Shown here: one piece after another, positions 61,394 through 64,000 of the stretch
Numbering within the stretch: position 1 is the first letter of the stretch
How the letters are laid out: each line of letters begins with the position of its first letter
Assembly (NCBI GenBank): GCA_044378015.1
Contig: JBILXZ010000001.1
Coordinates: 145-64,144, forward strand
Direction of reading: 5' to 3'
From: Tagaea sp.
Lineage (GTDB): Bacteria; Pseudomonadota; Alphaproteobacteria; CACIAM-22H2
DNA length: 64,000 nt
Notes under the pieces: generated by a model
The model's database searches: none
Told to the model about the DNA's origin: nothing
The model's input: only the letters and a program-made list of their open reading frames with translations
Program-made: the position numbers and the translations under genes

Positions 61394-62353
61394 CTAGGCC
61401 GTTTTCGCGGCCACGATCCGCACGACGCGCAGATCGCCGCCGTCCATGGCCGCCAGGCGCCGCGCCCACGATTTGGCTTCGTCCATCAGCGCTTCGCCCT
61501 CGGTCGCGTCGAGTTGGCCGCGCACGACGAGCCGGTCGATCTTCGCCCAGCCGACGAGAAGCGCGGCGCGAAACGCAGCCGTGAAATCCTCGTTGTCGGC
61601 AATGCCGAACCCGGCCGCCTCGATCTGGCCCGCGAGCCGCGCTTGCGTCGACAGGCGCGGCGCCGTCGCCTCCCCGAGGCGATAGGCGTCGAGCGCGTCG
61701 CTGTGCGCGTCTTCGCGCGCGATCGCCCAGTCGAAGGCGACGAGTTTGGCCTCCGGCTTCATGCCGGCCGCCAGCCGCGCGAGCAGCTTCGGCTTGTCCG
61801 AGATCAAGGAGAGCACGTTGCGCACCAGCACGCCGTCGTAGCGGCCGGGCTTGAAAACGCCGTCGGCCAGGTCGAGAAAGCCGATCGGAGCTTTGCGCGC
61901 CATGCCGGCGCTGCGCGACAGGGCGGCGCCTGCCCGCGCAAGCTCGAGCGACGGATCGCAGCCCTCCATCCAAGCGCCGCTTGCCTGCGCAAGAGCGCGC
62001 GTGCCGGCCCCGAGCCCGCAGCCGAGATCGAGGCCGATCGCGTTGCGCCCGAGCGTCAGCGGAACCGCCAGCTTCAGCGCGAAATCGACCGCTCCGGGAA
62101 ACGTGAACCCGTCGCCCCAGACGAGCTGGGCCACCTTGATGCGTTCGCGCGGCCACCGGTCTTTGACGACGATTTTGCCGGTCGTCGGCAGCTCGATCGG
62201 ATCGGGATGCGCGCCATCCTGCGATGATGCCGGTTCGGCAGGCGCGGTCGCCGCAGGCTTGCCGTATTCGTAGCCTTCCCACCACGCATGCAGTCGCGCG
62301 CGCAATTCGGGCTTTGGAACCTTGCCCGATTCCTGCTTCGGCGCCCGCGCCAT
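61394..62353 (-). CDS. class I SAM-dependent methyltransferase
   Basis: Motif I LDLGCGLGAG and downstream motifs; about 319 aa. Confidence 0.75.
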   Translation of the reverse strand: MARAPKQESGKVPKPELRARLHAWWEGYEYGKPAATAPAEPASSQDGAHPDPIELPTTGKIVVKDRWPRERIKVAQLVWGDGFTFPGAVDFALKLAVPLTLGRNAIGLDLGCGLGAGTRALAQASGAWMEGCDPSLELARAGAALSRSAGMARKAPIGFLDLADGVFKPGRYDGVLVRNVLSLISDKPKLLARLAAGMKPEAKLVAFDWAIAREDAHSDALDAYRLGEATAPRLSTQARLAGQIEAAGFGIADNEDFTAAFRAALLVGWAKIDRLVVRGQLDATEGEALMDEAKSWARRLAAMDGGDLRVVRIVAAKTA

Positions 62354-62355
62354 CG

Positions 62356-62691
62356 TCAGTCGACCGCGCGAATGCCGTCACGCGACGGCGCAAAACGCGG
62401 GCGCGCGCCGCCCGTGCCCAGGCCGAGCGCGATCAGATCGCCGGTTTCGTCGAACGTCAGCAGCACCAGGTCGCCCGCCGCATTGCGCGCCTCGACGCGG
62501 TAGCAGCCATCGACCACCGCCATGTTTTCGAAACCGACGAATCCCATATCGAGCAAGCGGTCTGTGACTTTGGCGACGGCCGCGCGATCGAAGCCCGCAG
62601 CTTTGCACGACGGGCGGCCCGCCGTCGGGGCCTGTGCCGCTGCGCTCGCGGCCGCAACGCAAAGAAGGAGGGGCAGACAGAAAAGACGCAT
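62356..62691 (-). CDS. secreted PepSY-like small protein
   Basis: Signal peptide MRLFCLPLLLCVAAASAAA; about 90-aa domain with Cys pair; start chosen inside the longer track ORF. Confidence 0.5.
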   Translation of the reverse strand: MRLFCLPLLLCVAAASAAAQAPTAGRPSCKAAGFDRAAVAKVTDRLLDMGFVGFENMAVVDGCYRVEARNAAGDLVLLTFDETGDLIALGLGTGGARPRFAPSRDGIRAVD

Positions 62692-62696
62692 GGGCG

Positions 62697-63032
62697 CTAG
62701 CCTAGCACGCCGCCGGCCGCCGCCGCGATAACGGCGGCGGCGGCGGAGCAACCTGCGAACAGACTGCGCCTGAACAAAACGTACGTGCCGAGCGCTGCAG
62801 CGCACGCGCCCAAGCGCACGGACAATGCGATCTCGCGCAGCTCGCCGGACGGAAACACGACCAGCCGCACGACCAAGGCCGCGAGAATCGCGTAGGCGAC
62901 GGCGGCGAACCATTCGAACAACAAGCCATTGGGATCGAGCCTGCCGCCGACCGCCACGCCGAAACCGCGCCAGAAATAGGTCGCCGCGGCGCCCGCGACC
63001 GCTGCCCCGTAGAGCCCGATCTCGGCGCTCAT
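62697..63032 (-). CDS. azlD: branched-chain amino acid exporter small subunit AzlD
   Basis: About 111 aa, 3-4 TM, overlaps the upstream azlC by 4 nt (ATGA). Confidence 0.7.
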   Translation of the reverse strand: MSAEIGLYGAAVAGAAATYFWRGFGVAVGGRLDPNGLLFEWFAAVAYAILAALVVRLVVFPSGELREIALSVRLGACAAALGTYVLFRRSLFAGCSAAAAVIAAAAGGVLG

Positions 63033-63775
63033 CGCCGCACCGCGACGCGGCGGTAGATCGCCGCCACCGTGCCGCCCGCAAGCCCCGCGATCAGCAGGCT
63101 CCATTCGGGGCTGTAGAGCTGGGCGGGCACGCAAAGCGCGCCGCCCGTCAGCAAGGCCACGAGGCGCGTGGCGTCGCGCGCGCCTTGGGTGCTTTGCAAG
63201 AATAGCAGCAGGAAATAGACCGGATTGAGAAAAACCAGCGCCTGCGTGAGGGCCGTCGGCAGCTGGGCCGCCGCATAGTAGCCCACGACCGTGCCGACGA
63301 GCGACGCCCCCCACAAAACGAGCGAACAGCCGACGAACCAGCTCAAGCGGTCGCGGCGCGCCAGACCGGGCGCTTGCGCCATCGTCATGGCCCAGCAGGT
63401 GACGGCCACGAAAAACGCCGACGCGTAGATCCGCCAGACGGGCCTGCCGGGCGCGGCCACCAGCGGCATCATCGCGACCGTCATCGGCGCCAAGCGCATG
63501 TTGGCAAGCCCAACCGCCAGCACGATCGACAAGACGCCCGATCCCGCCAGATAGAGCTCGACCAGCACGACCTGCCCCGGCAAGGCCCACGCCGTCAGCG
63601 TGTTGAACAGCGCGAATTCGAGGCTGAGTTCGTGCGCGCCCACGAGCGACCCGTAGCCGACATAGGATGCGCCCAGCACGAGTGCGGGCGCCAGCGCAGC
63701 CGCGCGCGCGCCGGCCAGCAACGCGCCGCGCGTGCCCAGAGCGGGCGCTGCATCGTCGTCCGTCGCGCGCGTCAA
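63029..63775 (-). CDS. azlC: branched-chain amino acid exporter AzlC-family protein (start uncertain, possibly TTG)
   Basis: AzlC-like TM profile (GALLAGARAAALAPALVLGASYVGYGSLV...); about 248 aa if started at the TTG next to the aldolase stop. Confidence 0.6.
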   Translation of the reverse strand: MTRATDDDAAPALGTRGALLAGARAAALAPALVLGASYVGYGSLVGAHELSLEFALFNTLTAWALPGQVVLVELYLAGSGVLSIVLAVGLANMRLAPMTVAMMPLVAAPGRPVWRIYASAFFVAVTCWAMTMAQAPGLARRDRLSWFVGCSLVLWGASLVGTVVGYYAAAQLPTALTQALVFLNPVYFLLLFLQSTQGARDATRLVALLTGGALCVPAQLYSPEWSLLIAGLAGGTVAAIYRRVAVRR

Positions 63776-64000
63776 TACGGTCCCGTCGGTTTGGCGGGTG
63801 CTGCGTTCTGGCCGCGCAACGCCGCGAGGAATTCTGCGGCACGGCTCACCATCATGCCCATGTCCGACGCGACCGCGACGTAGCTGTAGCCCATGGCCAG
63901 GAACTTGCCGACCATGTCCGGATTGGGGCCGACGATGCCGCACGGCTTTCCCAGCTTCTTGGCCTTTGCGGCGCAATCGGCCAAGGCGGCTTGCACGTTG
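63772..64000 (-). CDS. HpcH/HpaI aldolase / citrate-lyase-beta family protein, C-terminal fragment (gene continues beyond the window)
   Basis: C-terminus GIVGPNPDMVGKFLAMGYSYVAVASDMGMM typical of HpcH/HpaI aldolases. Confidence 0.6.
   Translation of the reverse strand, partial: NVQAALADCAAKAKKLGKPCGIVGPNPDMVGKFLAMGYSYVAVASDMGMMVSRAAEFLAALRGQNAAPAKPTGPY

Overview
High-GC (about 65-70% G+C) chromosomal segment with alphaproteobacterial gene content (ELM1-like protein, TIGR02302 low-complexity protein, the argH-lipoprotein-lysA block, RhtB/LysE, FtsEX). Coding density is very high, and many neighbouring genes overlap by 4 nt (ATGA/GTGA). About 60 genes are supported. Housekeeping genes: argH, lysA, trxB, carA/carB, greA, class II nrdJ, glcDEF, rpmJ (C- form, missed by the ORF track), ftsEX, gmhB and a plsC-like acyltransferase. 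Accessory modules between them: (1) an Anbu (proteasome-beta homolog) / circularly permuted ATP-grasp / alpha-E operon that lacks the usual transglutaminase and instead continues into a TauE/SafE permease and a 744-aa FAD-monooxygenase::Old-Yellow-Enzyme fusion; (2) an oxalyl-CoA synthetase-like ligase translationally coupled to a PanE-family reductase, a probable oxalate-to-glyoxylate module; (3) an ftsEX-gmhB-DUF218-plsC operon ending, by ATGA overlap, in a membrane / 2Fe-2S ferredoxin / class III nucleotide cyclase; (4) sbtA-sbtB with two tandem paralogous NhaD-like permeases; (5) a chrA chromate module with a fused SOD-like::rhodanese protein and an RNHCP zinc-ribbon gene; (6) a GldA/GldF/GldG/DUF4340 ABC system; (7) an orphan fliG; (8) a class III aminotransferase overlapping a PAS-GGDEF(degenerate)-EAL gene, whose upstream region is a sharply AT-rich island (about 31285-31440). 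No CRISPR array, tRNA, rRNA or mobile element was seen. The numerous very long antisense ORFs in the track are high-GC frame artefacts. Coordinates follow the ORF track; several starts were re-placed using homology and Shine-Dalgarno context. A short stretch near 38221-38250 of the printed sequence is not consistent with the track translation, so the monooxygenase start and the ORFs at 35977..38253 and 38209..39036 follow the track.
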